This document shows positions 50,609 through 61,059 of a DNA stretch of 64,000 nucleotides, one piece after another. The translations under genes were made by a program, and so were the position numbers. The notes beneath the pieces are model-generated. The model was given only the letters and a program-made list of their open reading frames with translations. It searched no databases and had not been told where the DNA came from. The DNA is from an uncultured delta proteobacterium (GTDB lineage Bacteria > Desulfobacterota > Desulfobaccia > Desulfobaccales > 0-14-0-80-60-11). The stretch spans positions 320,001 through 384,000 of the forward strand of contig CAWETI010000002.1 in assembly GCA_963812015.1 (NCBI GenBank), read 5' to 3'. Every line of letters begins with the position of its first letter. The stretch's first letter is position 1.

Positions 50609-51493
50609 ATGGGTATGGAGAGCATAGGGGTAAAAGGCAAGTGGTTCACCGTCGTGGGTTTGATTCTCAGCCTCATGATCTGGTGGGCGCCGGCCGCCTT
50701 GGCGGATGATGTTAAGCCGGAGGCCAAAGCGGAAGAGGCCAAGGGGCCGGAGCTGCCGACCTGGAATGTGGGGGCCGACCTTCTCAGCCAATACGTCTGG
50801 CGCGGCCAAGCCTTGAGCAAGAACAGCGTGGTGCTGCAGCCGTCTATTACCGGGACTTACAAGGGGTTTTCGTTCAACTCCTGGAGCAACGTCGACACCA
50901 ATGAACAAAATCCTTATGGCCATAATACCCATCGTGGATTTGTCGGCAATGAGATGGACCTGACCGCGTCCTACACCCGGGAAGTTTACACGAACTTTAC
51001 TCTGACGGGCGGCTTAATCTATTACCTCCTGGATGGGAATAATAACCAATTCAATTCCGTAGAAATCTACGGCGGGGCCGACTACAAATTGCCCTGGTTC
51101 AATTTTGGCGTTAATGTCTACCGGGAGGTGAATCACCTGCCTGGCACCTTTCTCCAGTGGTATATCCATCGTGCCATTGATATCCCCTACCTGGTTGAGG
51201 GGATGAACCTGGATTTGCTGGCCAGTTGGAGCGCTGAATTTTCCAATGACAAGGCCGCCTATCCCGTGTTTAGCTCGTCCGGTCAACTAGAAAATAAATT
51301 TTACGATTCCCTCAATGCCGGTTTCATCGGCGCGTCCCTTAACATCCCGGTGGGCAAATATATAGTCGTTGCCCCCAAGGTCCAATACTGGTATGGCCTG
51401 GGGGGTCAGTCCACCGGCACCCTCAATGCCCTGTCGTGGGATGGGCAACATAACCATATCCTGGGCGGCGTCAATCTCACCGTCAATTTTTAA
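50609..51493 (+). CDS. Outer-membrane beta-barrel protein, TorF/Gcw_chp-like
   Basis: Signal peptide; SQYVWRG..QPS, EMDL..Y; C-terminal Phe. Confidence 0.75.
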   Translation: MGMESIGVKGKWFTVVGLILSLMIWWAPAALADDVKPEAKAEEAKGPELPTWNVGADLLSQYVWRGQALSKNSVVLQPSITGTYKGFSFNSWSNVDTNEQNPYGHNTHRGFVGNEMDLTASYTREVYTNFTLTGGLIYYLLDGNNNQFNSVEIYGGADYKLPWFNFGVNVYREVNHLPGTFLQWYIHRAIDIPYLVEGMNLDLLASWSAEFSNDKAAYPVFSSSGQLENKFYDSLNAGFIGASLNIPVGKYIVVAPKVQYWYGLGGQSTGTLNALSWDGQHNHILGGVNLTVNF

Positions 51494-51520
51494 GTGCGTC
51501 AGCCCGGGGAAAGGGTAAAA

Positions 51521-51630
51521 CCAAGTTGCCGTCAAACGACTAATAATCTGCATTGTAGGGGCGGTTCGCGAACTGCCCCTACAGGGGTTGCTATCATAAA
51601 GCCAGAATTACCTTTATGACGGCAACTTGG
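51521..51630. mobile_element. MITE-like element wrapping a GTAG REP
   Basis: Perfect 14-bp TIR CCAAGTTGCCGTCA / TGACGGCAACTTGG; internal TGTAGGGGCGGTTCGCGAACTGCCCCTACA. Confidence 0.7.
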
Positions 51631-51757
51631 CATCAGCCCCATTCCTGGCCTGATTCCTATCAGCCCTTGACCCAGCCGCGATTTCAGGTTATTGACCGAA
51701 ATACCGATGGGTGCCAATAAGCCGGAGGCATCCAGGGGTGCCGGGGTTGGATGTTCC

Positions 51758-51786
51758 TTGACGCCGTTCCTTTGGGAGCCTATAGT
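51758..51786 (+). promoter_or_regulatory. sigma70 promoter of the hydrogenase operon
   Basis: TTGACG-N17-TATAGT. Confidence 0.65.
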
Positions 51787-52003
51787 GTATCAAGGCACAG
51801 ATTTCCCATGTGGGGATTGCGGCGGTTTTTCAGGCGGTTGAAAAGCTGCCAAACTCTTCCCCCGGCCGGTCTGAGCCCGGCGAAGCATCTAGTCATTATC
51901 ATACGTTCTTGATCCCGCGCTTCATTCGGGATGACCACCAACCCGCTTGTCAATAGCCTGTCAGGGGCATGGTTCGCCTCGGGATAGGGAGACCCAAAAA
52001 TCT

Positions 52004-53155
52004 ATGGCAACATCATCTTTAGAGGTCGGCGCACAGGTTCGGTTGGCAGCCGGAGATTTTCAGCATCTGCTGGACGTCCTGGCGGACCGGGGTTATCAGG
52101 TGATGGGCCCAACCCTGGAAGACGGCCATTTGATTTATGGGGAGATCGGCAAAGTTACGGATTTGCCCATCGGCTGGACCGCTTTCCAGGAGGGGGGGGC
52201 CTTTCGCCTGGGAAAACGGCCGGATCAGGCCTGGTTCGGCTTCGCCCCGGGACAGCAATCGTGGAAACAGTTCCTCTTTCCGCCGCACCATACCCTCTGG
52301 CAGGCCCAAGAGGAGGGCAGCGGTTGGCGCATCATCCCCCGGGCCGAGGCGGTCCCCAAATTCGCCTTTCTGGGGGTCCGATCCTGCGAACTCCATGCCA
52401 TGGCCGTCCAGGACCGGGTGTTTCTCCAGGGCCCCCATGTCGATCCCACCTATCGGGCCCGTCGGGAGCAGGCCTTCATCGTGGCCCTGAACTGCGCCCA
52501 CCAGGACCCAGGGACGTGTTTCTGCGTCTCCATGGGAACCGGGCCCCGGGCCACTACGGGGTTCGACCTGGCCCTGACCGAGGTACTCCAGGAAGACGAG
52601 CATTACTTCCTCATGGAGGTCGGCAGCCTGCGGGGGGCCGAGATCATCCAGGCGCTGCCCGGGAGAACCGCGACGCCGGAGGAGATTGACGCGGCGAGCC
52701 GGGTGGTGGCGGCCATCGCCGCCAATATGGGCCGGGTGCTGGATACCACCGGGATTAAAGAATTATTCTACGCCAATTATGAGCATCCCCGCTGGGATGA
52801 GGTGGCGGTCCGCTGCCTCAATTGCGGCAACTGCGCCATGGTCTGCCCCACCTGTTTCTGCCATACTCTGGAGGATTCCCTGGATTTGTCGGGGACGGTG
52901 GGGGAACGCCGGCGGCGTCTCGATCCCTGCTTCACCGTGGATTTCTCCTATCTGCATGGCGGCAGCATCCGCACCTCGCCGCGCTCCCGTTACCGCCAAT
53001 GGTTGACCCACAAGCTGGCCACCTGGATCGACCAGTTTGGTACCTCGGGGTGCGTGGGCTGCGGGCGCTGCATCACCTGGTGCCCCGTGGGCATCGATAT
53101 CACCGCAGAAGCTCAGGCCATCCGGGAGACGGCCCCAGGAGCCCTAAAGGAGTAG
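52004..53155 (+). CDS. Group 3b [NiFe] hydrogenase beta subunit (4Fe-4S)
   Basis: [48 protein letters not shown]. Confidence 0.9.
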   Translation: MATSSLEVGAQVRLAAGDFQHLLDVLADRGYQVMGPTLEDGHLIYGEIGKVTDLPIGWTAFQEGGAFRLGKRPDQAWFGFAPGQQSWKQFLFPPHHTLWQAQEEGSGWRIIPRAEAVPKFAFLGVRSCELHAMAVQDRVFLQGPHVDPTYRARREQAFIVALNCAHQDPGTCFCVSMGTGPRATTGFDLALTEVLQEDEHYFLMEVGSLRGAEIIQALPGRTATPEEIDAASRVVAAIAANMGRVLDTTGIKELFYANYEHPRWDEVAVRCLNCGNCAMVCPTCFCHTLEDSLDLSGTVGERRRRLDPCFTVDFSYLHGGSIRTSPRSRYRQWLTHKLATWIDQFGTSGCVGCGRCITWCPVGIDITAEAQAIRETAPGALKE

Positions 53156-53159
53156 CACC

Positions 53160-53615
53160 ATGGAAACGATGGAACCCATTCTGGCGGCGCACCCCTTTTT
53201 TAAGGGCCTGGATTCCCGCTATCTCAAGCTCATCCTGGCATGCGCCTCCCGGGAGACCTTCACCCTGGGCCGATTTCTGTGCCGGGATAATGAAGAGGCC
53301 CGAAAGTTTTATGTGATCCATCACGGCCGGGTGGCGGTGGAAATCTACCGGGCCCGCCGGGGACCGGTCACCATCCAAACCCTCGGAGAGGGCGAAGTGT
53401 TAGGATGGCTGTGGTTTGATAAGCCTTATCATTGGCACCTGGATGCCCGGGCCCTGGACCTGACCCGGGTCATCAGCCTGGATGTTACCTGCCTCCTCGA
53501 CCGATGCAACCAGGACCATGATTTCGGTTATGAGCTCATGCGGCGCTACGCCCATCACCTGGCGGTGCAGTTCCGGGTGACCAATCTCCAGCATGCCGAT
53601 TTTTATGGCGATTGA
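53160..53615 (+). CDS. Stand-alone cNMP-binding-fold protein
   Basis: HPFFKGL, FYVIHHGRV, GEGEVLGW; no HTH. Confidence 0.85.
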   Translation: METMEPILAAHPFFKGLDSRYLKLILACASRETFTLGRFLCRDNEEARKFYVIHHGRVAVEIYRARRGPVTIQTLGEGEVLGWLWFDKPYHWHLDARALDLTRVISLDVTCLLDRCNQDHDFGYELMRRYAHHLAVQFRVTNLQHADFYGD

Positions 53616-53737
53616 CGGCACTGCCATGATATCGAGGAGCTCATTGTTCTCTCATAACCGACCATAAACGGATGACCTGGGGCTAGAGGTAATTCCCCCT
53701 GCCCCCTTATCATCAGGATTTACTACCGGGAAGCCCT

Positions 53738-54577
53738 ATGACAGCAAACCTGCCGGATCCAATGATACCGACCCCGTTCGTGGTCCAAAAAGTGAAGCGG
53801 GAGACCTCCGACACTTATACCCTGGAGCTGACTCGCCCCGACGCGGCGGCCGACTTTACCTTCGCCCCGGGGCAGTTCAATATGCTCTATGCCTTCGGCG
53901 CCGGCGAAGTGCCCATCTCCATCAGCGGCGACCCGGCCCATCCCGAAACCCTGGTGCATACCGTGCGGGACGTGGGGAATGTCACCCGGGCCATCTGCCG
54001 CCTGAAGCGGGGGGAAGTGTTGGGAGTGCGGGGTCCCTTCGGGGTCCCCTGGCCGGTGGACCGGATCGCGGGCGAGGACGTTCTGGTTATTGCCGGCGGC
54101 CTCGGGTTGGCGCCCTTGCGGCCGGCCTTATATTACCTGCTCCAGCATCGGGGCGAATTCGGCAACGTCGAGGTGATTTACGGCGCCCGGACCCCCAAGG
54201 ACCTGCTCTATCCCCGGGAACTGGAGCGCTGGCGGGGCCGCTTCGACCTCCGGGTGCACGTCACGGTGGACGCAGGCGAAGCCGATTGGCGCAGTAATGT
54301 GGGCGTGGTGACCAAAATCATCGACCGGGCCCGGTTTGATCCCCCCAGTAGCGCGGCCCTGGTCTGCGGCCCCGGGGTGATGATGCGCTTCACCGTTCTG
54401 GAACTCCTGAACCACGGGCTTGAGCCCGAGCAAATCTACGTGTCCATGGAGCGCAACATGAAATGCGGCATCGGCTTGTGCGGCCACTGCCAGTGGGGGC
54501 CGGTCTTCGTCTGCAAAGACGGCCCGGTGTTCCGCTATGACCGCATCAAAGACTGGTTCGACCGGCGGGAGGTGTAA
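53738..54577 (+). CDS. Group 3b hydrogenase gamma subunit (FAD/NAD(P), 2Fe-2S)
   Basis: [45 protein letters not shown]. Confidence 0.92.
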   Translation: MTANLPDPMIPTPFVVQKVKRETSDTYTLELTRPDAAADFTFAPGQFNMLYAFGAGEVPISISGDPAHPETLVHTVRDVGNVTRAICRLKRGEVLGVRGPFGVPWPVDRIAGEDVLVIAGGLGLAPLRPALYYLLQHRGEFGNVEVIYGARTPKDLLYPRELERWRGRFDLRVHVTVDAGEADWRSNVGVVTKIIDRARFDPPSSAALVCGPGVMMRFTVLELLNHGLEPEQIYVSMERNMKCGIGLCGHCQWGPVFVCKDGPVFRYDRIKDWFDRREV

Positions 54578-54578
54578 C

Positions 54579-55358
54579 ATGGCCCCGAAGCGCAAGCCGA
54601 AGCTGTCCGTGTGGAAATTCGCCTCGTGCGACGGCTGTCAGCTCTCCCTCCTGGATTGTGAAGACGAACTGCTCACCATCGCCGGGGCGGTGGAGATCGC
54701 CTATTTTGTGGAGGCCTCCCGGGCCATGGTGAAAGGCCCTTATGATTTGACCCTGGTGGACGGCTCCATCACCACGGCCCATGACGCCGAGACGATCAAG
54801 CAGGTGCGCCGGGCCTCCAAGTATCTGGTGGCCCTGGGCACCTGCGCCAACTCCGGGGGCATCCAGGCCCTGCGCAATTTCAAGGACGTCAATGACTTCA
54901 TCGGCGCGGTATACTCCCATCCGGAGTATATCCAGACCTTGAAGGAATCCACCCCCATCTCGGCCCACGTCAAGGTGGATTATGGTCTGAACGGCTGCCC
55001 CATCAACAAGCACCAGCTCCTGTCGGTAATCAGCGCCTTCCTCCAGGGGCGACCCCCCATGGTCAGATCGCATAGTGTCTGCATTGACTGCAAAGTGCGG
55101 GGGAATGTTTGCGTGATGGTCACGGGCACTCCCTGCCTGGGACCGGTGACCCATGCCGGGTGCGGGGCGCTTTGCCCCACCTATCAGCGCGGCTGTTATG
55201 GCTGTTACGGCCCTAAAGAAACTCCCAACACCGCAGCCTTGAGCGCCTGGTTCAGCCAAAAAATGGGGATGAGCGAGGCCAATTTGGTGCGGGCCTTCCG
55301 GACCTTTTACGCCAACGCCCCCGCCTTTCGCCAGGAGAGCGAAGCCCATGACCACTAA
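54579..55358 (+). CDS. Group 3b hydrogenase small (delta) subunit
   Basis: [37 protein letters not shown]. Confidence 0.92.
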   Translation: MAPKRKPKLSVWKFASCDGCQLSLLDCEDELLTIAGAVEIAYFVEASRAMVKGPYDLTLVDGSITTAHDAETIKQVRRASKYLVALGTCANSGGIQALRNFKDVNDFIGAVYSHPEYIQTLKESTPISAHVKVDYGLNGCPINKHQLLSVISAFLQGRPPMVRSHSVCIDCKVRGNVCVMVTGTPCLGPVTHAGCGALCPTYQRGCYGCYGPKETPNTAALSAWFSQKMGMSEANLVRAFRTFYANAPAFRQESEAHDH

Positions 55359-56637
55359 AACCATCAACGTCAAATACCTGGCCCGGGTGGAAGGCGAAGG
55401 TGGCCTGAACATCCGGATCAAAGATGACGTCGTCACCGGGGTGCAGTTGAAGATCTTTGAGCCACCCCGCTTCTTCGAGGCTTTCCTGAAGGGGCGCAAC
55501 TTCACCGAAGCGCCGGACCTTACCTGCCGCATCTGCGGCATCTGCCCCGTGGCCTATCAGATGAGCGCGGTGCACGCCATGGAGAACGCTCTGGGGGTGA
55601 CGGTGGCCGGCCCCATCCGGGCCCTGCGCCGGCTGCTCTACTGCGGCGAGTGGATCGAATCCCACGGCCTCCACGTCTTCATGCTCCACGCCCCGGACTT
55701 TTTGGGCTACCAGGACGCCATCCAGATGGCCCAGGACCACCCGGACACGGTGAAAATGGGCTTGCGGCTGAAAAAAGTGGGCAATGACATCGTCTCCACC
55801 CTGGGCGGCCGGGAGATCCACCCCATCAACGTCCGGGTGGGGGGCTTCTATAAGGCCCCGGCCAAGCGGGACCTGGCCCCCCTGGCCGAAAGCCTCAAGT
55901 GGGCGAAGGACGCGGCCGTCAACGCGGTGCGTTGGGTGGGCGGCTTCACCTTTCCGGAGTTCGAGCGGGACTATGAGTTCGTGGCCCTCCGCCACGGGCA
56001 GGAATACCCCTTCAACGAAGGGCGGGTGGTGTCCAACAAGGGGCTGGACATTTCCGTACAGGACTACGAGCAGCACTTCGTGGAAGAGCAGGTGCGGCAC
56101 TCCCACGCCCTCCACTCCTCTTTGAAGGAACGGGGCCGCTATTTTACCGGTCCCCTGGCCCGCTACAACCTGAACTTTGATCTGCTTACCCCCCTGGCCC
56201 AGGCCGCAGCCCGGGAAGCCGGCTTGGGGCCCGTCTGCCGCAACCCCTTTCAGAGCATTATCGTCCGGGCCGTGGAATTGCTTTTTGCCGTGGAGGAGGC
56301 CCTGGCCATCATCGAGGCCTACGAGAAACCGGATCAGCCGGCGGCGCCGGTGGCGCCCCGGGCGGTGACGGCCTGCGCCGCCACCGAAGCCCCCCGGGGG
56401 TTGCTCTACCACCGCTACCGGATCGATGCCAACGGCGTCATCCTCGAGGCCAAGATCGTGCCCCCCACCTCCCAGAACCAGGGGACCATTGAGGACGATC
56501 TCCGTCAATTTGTGGGCCAGCGCCTGGATTTGCCTGACGAAAAACTCATCTGGCAGTGCGAACAGATGGTACGAAATTATGACCCATGCATCTCCTGCGC
56601 CACGCATTTCTTGAAGGTCAACCTGGAGCGTCGGTAA
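55348..56637 (+). CDS. Group 3b [NiFe] hydrogenase large (alpha) subunit
   Basis: RVEGEG, L1 [16 protein letters not shown]2 [10 protein letters not shown] followed by a cleavable tail. Confidence 0.95.
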   Translation: MTTKTINVKYLARVEGEGGLNIRIKDDVVTGVQLKIFEPPRFFEAFLKGRNFTEAPDLTCRICGICPVAYQMSAVHAMENALGVTVAGPIRALRRLLYCGEWIESHGLHVFMLHAPDFLGYQDAIQMAQDHPDTVKMGLRLKKVGNDIVSTLGGREIHPINVRVGGFYKAPAKRDLAPLAESLKWAKDAAVNAVRWVGGFTFPEFERDYEFVALRHGQEYPFNEGRVVSNKGLDISVQDYEQHFVEEQVRHSHALHSSLKERGRYFTGPLARYNLNFDLLTPLAQAAAREAGLGPVCRNPFQSIIVRAVELLFAVEEALAIIEAYEKPDQPAAPVAPRAVTACAATEAPRGLLYHRYRIDANGVILEAKIVPPTSQNQGTIEDDLRQFVGQRLDLPDEKLIWQCEQMVRNYDPCISCATHFLKVNLERR

Positions 56638-56804
56638 CCGGCAACGGAAAAAATGCCGTGAGGCGGCCTGAGTGCTGGGACGATTCGTAACACGCTCACC
56701 ACGAACAACGAAAATGTAGCACCGCCGCCCTCGGCGAGGCTCGGGAAAGGCCGGGTGTGTTTGGAAATCACCGGCGCACCTTAGCCTTAGCTGATGCTGT
56801 TTCC

Positions 56805-57329
56805 ATGGATACTCTCCTCAGAACCCAGATAAAGGTCATCGGCGTGGGCAATGAGTGGCGGGGTGACGATGCCGCTGGCATCCTGGTGGCCCGCCGCCTC
56901 AAGGAAGACCGGCTGCCCCGGGTGCGGTTTTCCGAATGCCTGGGCACGGTGAGCGATATCCAAGACGCCTGGAAAGACGCCGCCGGGGCGATTGTGGTGG
57001 ACGCCGTCTACTCCGGCGGTCCCCCGGGGACCATTTATCGGTTTGACGCCCATGGCGCCGGGATGCCGGTGGAGTTATCCCGGTCCCCATCTTCCCACGG
57101 CTGGGGGGTGGCCGAGGCCCTGGCCCTGGGCAAAGTCTTCCAGGAACTCCCCCCGTTTCTCATCATTTACGGCATTGCCGGAAAAGATTTCTCGCCGGGC
57201 CGGGGTTTGTCCCCGGAAGTGGCCGCGGCCGTTCCGGAAACGGTCCGGCGGCTCAAGCAGGAAATTTTAGCCTGGCTTGGGGGGGCGCCCCCCATGGGGC
57301 ATCCCCTGAAAAACGGAGGACAGTCTTGA
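56805..57329 (+). CDS. Hydrogenase maturation protease
   Basis: GVGNEWRGDDAAG, VDA, SSHG. Confidence 0.9.
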   Translation: MDTLLRTQIKVIGVGNEWRGDDAAGILVARRLKEDRLPRVRFSECLGTVSDIQDAWKDAAGAIVVDAVYSGGPPGTIYRFDAHGAGMPVELSRSPSSHGWGVAEALALGKVFQELPPFLIIYGIAGKDFSPGRGLSPEVAAAVPETVRRLKQEILAWLGGAPPMGHPLKNGGQS

Positions 57330-58954
57330 TGAACCTGACCGAGAGTCTGGCCGCAATCTTTCCGGCCGAGTCGGATATCCCCGAGTTTTACCGCCTGGAC
57401 CGCCCGGTTGACCAGCGCCAGTATCTGGTGAACGGGGAGTTGCGCCAGTGGTCCGGCCCCGTCCAGGAAGTCAAATCGCCGGTCTATGTGCAAACCGCCG
57501 GGGGGCTGGCCCCCAAGCGGGTGGGGTGCTATCCGCTCCTGGGTGAGGTGGAGGCCTTGGAAGCCCTGGCCGCGGCCGGCCGGGCCTATGATCACGGGCG
57601 CGGCTTGTGGCCGTCCCTGTCGGTGCGGGACCGCATCAGCCACCTGGAAGATTTCATCTTCCGCATCATCGCCACCCGGGAGGAAGTCGTCAAGATCCTG
57701 ATGTGGGAGATCGGCAAGCCTTACGAGGAGTCGGCCAAAGAGTTCGACCGCACCGTGGCCTACATCAAGGCCACCCTCGACGCCCTGAAGGACCTGGACC
57801 GCACCTCTTCCCGCTTCGTCATGGAGCAGGGCATCTTCGGCCAGATCCGGCGGGCGCCCCTGGGAGTGGTCCTGTGCATGGGGCCCTTCAATTACCCTCT
57901 CAACGAAACCTATACCTCGGTCATTCCCGCCCTGATCATGGGCAATACCGTCATCTTTAAGCCCCCGAAGCTGGGGGTGCTGCTCCATTATCCGTTTCTG
58001 GCGGCCTTTAAGGAGGCCTTCCCCCCCGGGGTGATCAATACGGTGTACGGCCGGGGTGCCCAGGTGGCGGGGCCCCTCATGGCGTCGGGTAAGATCGACG
58101 TCCTGGCCTTTATCGGCACCAGCAAGGTAGCGGATATTTTGAAAAAACAGCATCCCAAGCCGCATCGCCTCCGGGCCGCCCTGGGGCTGGAAGCCAAGAA
58201 CCCGGCCATTATTATGCCGGACGCCGACCTTGACCTCACCGTGGCCGAGTGCCTCTTGGGGGCGTTGTCGTTCAATGGCCAGCGCTGCACCGCCTTGAAG
58301 CTGCTGTTTGTGCATCGGCAGATCCTGCCCCAATTCCTGGAAAGATTCACCCGGGCCCTGGGTGAGCTGAAATTCGGCATGCCCTGGGAGCCGGGGGCGA
58401 CGGTGACGCCGCTCCCCGAGTCCAGCCGCCCGGCCTATTTGACCGAACTGGTGGAGGACGCCAGGGCCAAAGGAGCCCAAGTGGTGAACGAATCGGGCGG
58501 CGCGGTAAACCACAGCTTTTTTTATCCGGCCATCCTCTCTCCCGTGGATGAGCGCATGAAGATTTATCATGAGGAACAGTTCGGCCCGGTGATCCCGGTG
58601 GCCCCGTTTGATGACCTGGAAGCGGTGGTCAACAGCATCATAGCTTCGGAATATGGCCAGCAGGTAAGCATTTTCTCCCAAAACCCCGACACCATCGCCC
58701 GCCTGGTGGACCAACTGGTGACCCAGGTGGGGCGGGTGAACCTCAACAGCCAGTGCCAGCGGGGGCCAGACACCTTCCCCTTTACGGGGCGCAAGGATTC
58801 CGCCGAAGGGACCCTGTCGGTCCATGACGCCCTGCGGGTGTTTTCCCTGAGGACCCTGGTGGCTGCCAAAGAAACCGCAACGAACAAAAACCTCGTCACC
58901 GATATCGTCCGGGAGCATAAATCGAGTTTTCTCTCCACGGATTTTATCCTGTAA
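57326..58954 (+). CDS. gapN: NADP-dependent non-phosphorylating glyceraldehyde-3-phosphate dehydrogenase (ALDH family)
   Basis: WEIGK, GPFNYPLNE, FIGTS, LGLEAKN, FNGQRCTA, EEQFGP, QCQRGPD.FPFTGRKDS. Confidence 0.8.
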   Translation: MMNLTESLAAIFPAESDIPEFYRLDRPVDQRQYLVNGELRQWSGPVQEVKSPVYVQTAGGLAPKRVGCYPLLGEVEALEALAAAGRAYDHGRGLWPSLSVRDRISHLEDFIFRIIATREEVVKILMWEIGKPYEESAKEFDRTVAYIKATLDALKDLDRTSSRFVMEQGIFGQIRRAPLGVVLCMGPFNYPLNETYTSVIPALIMGNTVIFKPPKLGVLLHYPFLAAFKEAFPPGVINTVYGRGAQVAGPLMASGKIDVLAFIGTSKVADILKKQHPKPHRLRAALGLEAKNPAIIMPDADLDLTVAECLLGALSFNGQRCTALKLLFVHRQILPQFLERFTRALGELKFGMPWEPGATVTPLPESSRPAYLTELVEDARAKGAQVVNESGGAVNHSFFYPAILSPVDERMKIYHEEQFGPVIPVAPFDDLEAVVNSIIASEYGQQVSIFSQNPDTIARLVDQLVTQVGRVNLNSQCQRGPDTFPFTGRKDSAEGTLSVHDALRVFSLRTLVAAKETATNKNLVTDIVREHKSSFLSTDFIL

Positions 58955-59235
58955 GTGGCCGGGGCATCCCCTTGGGCCATCCCCCCAATCCCTCTTTACC
59001 CCAGGGGGACGGGTCTGCTTTCCCTGCAACAGATGCGTGAGGCAAATCAAACCGGCCAGGCCTTTATAACTTCCCAGTAAGAATTATTGGTAAATAGTTA
59101 TTCTTAACCTCTTGAAAAATCTTCATCTGTTCTAAACTTATAAAGAATTGGCGGCAAACCCGGCGCCGGGCCTGGATTGACCTGATGGTCGTCAGCCCCA
59201 CGCCAGGGACAAGCGCTGTCGGAGGGCGACAGATA

Positions 59236-60081
59236 ATGATCGAACTGGCAAAACTTTTTACCCCGGTCAGTTCCATGGATGCCGATGAGGCCAAAGACTA
59301 CATGGCTCGGCGCCGGGAAGGGGAGTACACTTTACTGGACGTGCGCCAGCCCTGGGAATACGAAGACTCCCACCTCCCCGGGGCTAAACTCATGCCCCTG
59401 CCCCAGCTGGCTGACACCTATCAAGCCCTGGACCCGGACAAGCCCACCCTGGTGCACTGCGCCGTGGGCGGCCGCAGCCGGGTGGCGGCCCAGATGCTGA
59501 GCGGCTGGGGGTTCAAGGAGGTCTATAACCTGGCCGGCGGCATCAAGGCCTTTCACGGGCCCAAGGCCACCGGCCCCCGAGAGCTCAACCTGGACCTGGT
59601 CCGGGGCGATGCAACCCCGGAGCAGATCCTCGCCCTGGCCTATGGCATGGAGAAGGCCCTGCAGCTTTTTTATGAAACCCTCAAGGAGCAATCCCGGGAT
59701 CAGGCAGTCAAGGACCTGTTCGAGAAACTGGCCCGGGTGGAAGTGGGCCATGAACAGCGGCTCTTTAAGGTGTACGGCCAGTTGACTGGCAGCCAGGACC
59801 TGAAGGCCTTTGAAGCCGGCGTCGTGCCCACTACCCTGGAAGGCGGCTTTAACGCCCAAGAGTTCCTGGAAACCAATCAATCCCACTTGCAAACGACCCC
59901 CGAGGTCCTCGACTTGGCCATGATGCTGGAAACCCAGGCCCTGGACCTCTACCTCCGGTTTGCGGACCGTAGCGAACAGGCCCAAACCAAAGAGATCCTG
60001 TTCACCCTGGCCGGGGAGGAGAAGGCGCACCTGGCCAGCCTGGGGAGCCTGCTGGAAGAGAAGCTGGGGAAGCGAGACTGA
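59236..60081 (+). CDS. Rhodanese plus ferritin-like (rubrerythrin) fusion
   Basis: LLDVRQPWEY, HCAVGGRS; ferritin-like E..FY, EVGH, ETQA..LY, EEKAH. Confidence 0.85.
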   Translation: MIELAKLFTPVSSMDADEAKDYMARRREGEYTLLDVRQPWEYEDSHLPGAKLMPLPQLADTYQALDPDKPTLVHCAVGGRSRVAAQMLSGWGFKEVYNLAGGIKAFHGPKATGPRELNLDLVRGDATPEQILALAYGMEKALQLFYETLKEQSRDQAVKDLFEKLARVEVGHEQRLFKVYGQLTGSQDLKAFEAGVVPTTLEGGFNAQEFLETNQSHLQTTPEVLDLAMMLETQALDLYLRFADRSEQAQTKEILFTLAGEEKAHLASLGSLLEEKLGKRD

Positions 60082-60086
60082 ACCCT

Positions 60087-60899
60087 ATGGCGATTACCGT
60101 TATGGAAGTGTTGAAAAATCTGCCCCGGACCAACTGCGGGGACTGCGGACAGGCGACCTGCCTGGCCTTTGCCACCCAGGTGATCAAGGAAGGGGAGGAC
60201 CTGGGAAAATGTCCCCACCTCACCGGGGCGGGGGCCGACCTGGGGGAGGCGGTCCGGGCCCAGCAGCAGACGGGCGTTGGCCGGCGCCGGGAGTCCCTGG
60301 CCATCTCCCTGGAGGTCCTCCAGGAAAAGGTGGCTCCCCTGGATTTTGCGGCCCTGGCCGAGGGGCTGGGCGCCACTTACGGCGAGGAGGCCCGCCGGCC
60401 GTATCTCAACCTGGCCTATTTCGGCCACTGCCTCCAGGTCTTTAAGGATGAGTTGCGCTATCCACCGGGAGCCCCGGCGGACCCCTGGGACGCCATCCTC
60501 CTGTATAATTACATCGCCTCCCAGGGGCACGAGCTCCCCACGGGCCGGTGGATCGCCTATAATAGCCTGCCCAACTCGGTGTCTAAGGCCAAGACCCTGG
60601 CTCGCCTGGAACAGAAGCTGGCGGACCATTTCGCTGGCCAAGCGGCGGAACTCAAGGAGCGGGCCGCGCAGCTCGGGGGTGAAATGGCGGCCGTGGGCGG
60701 CGAGGACGCCGATGTGCAGGCGGCCTTTCTGCCCCTGCCCCGGGTGCCGCTGCTCCTGTCGTTTTGGGACGCCGAAGCCGAGGAAGGCTTCGCCCCCCAG
60801 GCGCGCTTCCTCTTCGACGCCGGCGTCACCCACTACCTGGACCTGGAAGCCATGCTCTTCCTGGTGGAACACCTGATGGAACGGCTGATGTCGAGTTAG
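60087..60899 (+). CDS. Fe-S domain protein, DUF3786-like
   Basis: LPRTNCGDCGQATCLAFA..CP; LPRVPL..WD..EEGF..LFD. Confidence 0.8.
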   Translation: MAITVMEVLKNLPRTNCGDCGQATCLAFATQVIKEGEDLGKCPHLTGAGADLGEAVRAQQQTGVGRRRESLAISLEVLQEKVAPLDFAALAEGLGATYGEEARRPYLNLAYFGHCLQVFKDELRYPPGAPADPWDAILLYNYIASQGHELPTGRWIAYNSLPNSVSKAKTLARLEQKLADHFAGQAAELKERAAQLGGEMAAVGGEDADVQAAFLPLPRVPLLLSFWDAEAEEGFAPQARFLFDAGVTHYLDLEAMLFLVEHLMERLMSS

Positions 60900-60910
60900 A
60901 ACTATAAGGA

Positions 60911-61056
60911 TTTTGGGGGAAGGGGGCTAAGGGCTTTTTCGTAAGTGCCCCTACCCCTCCCCCCAAACCCCCCGCCCCCAATCCCCTACAGGGGGTTGGG
61001 AGGGGAGTTTGAGGGGAGGGCGGGGGACTTATTGTCCCCCGGCCTTACCCTCAACT
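60911..61056. repeat. ~145-bp G/C-tract intergenic repeat
   Basis: Homologous to the reverse complement of 38919-39064; lies between convergent genes. Confidence 0.7.
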
Positions 61057-61059
61057 TTT

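Noticed and set aside
57167..59050. Long antisense ORFs (e.g. 627 aa here, 40416-41999, 38919-40280, 55252-56607, 19631-20881, 25759-26991)
   Set aside because: Shadow frames opposite well-supported high-GC genes, with no recognisable domains.
59150..59230. GGCAAACCC-containing leader as a possible riboswitch
   Set aside because: The remaining GEMM motifs are absent and no other aptamer was recognised.
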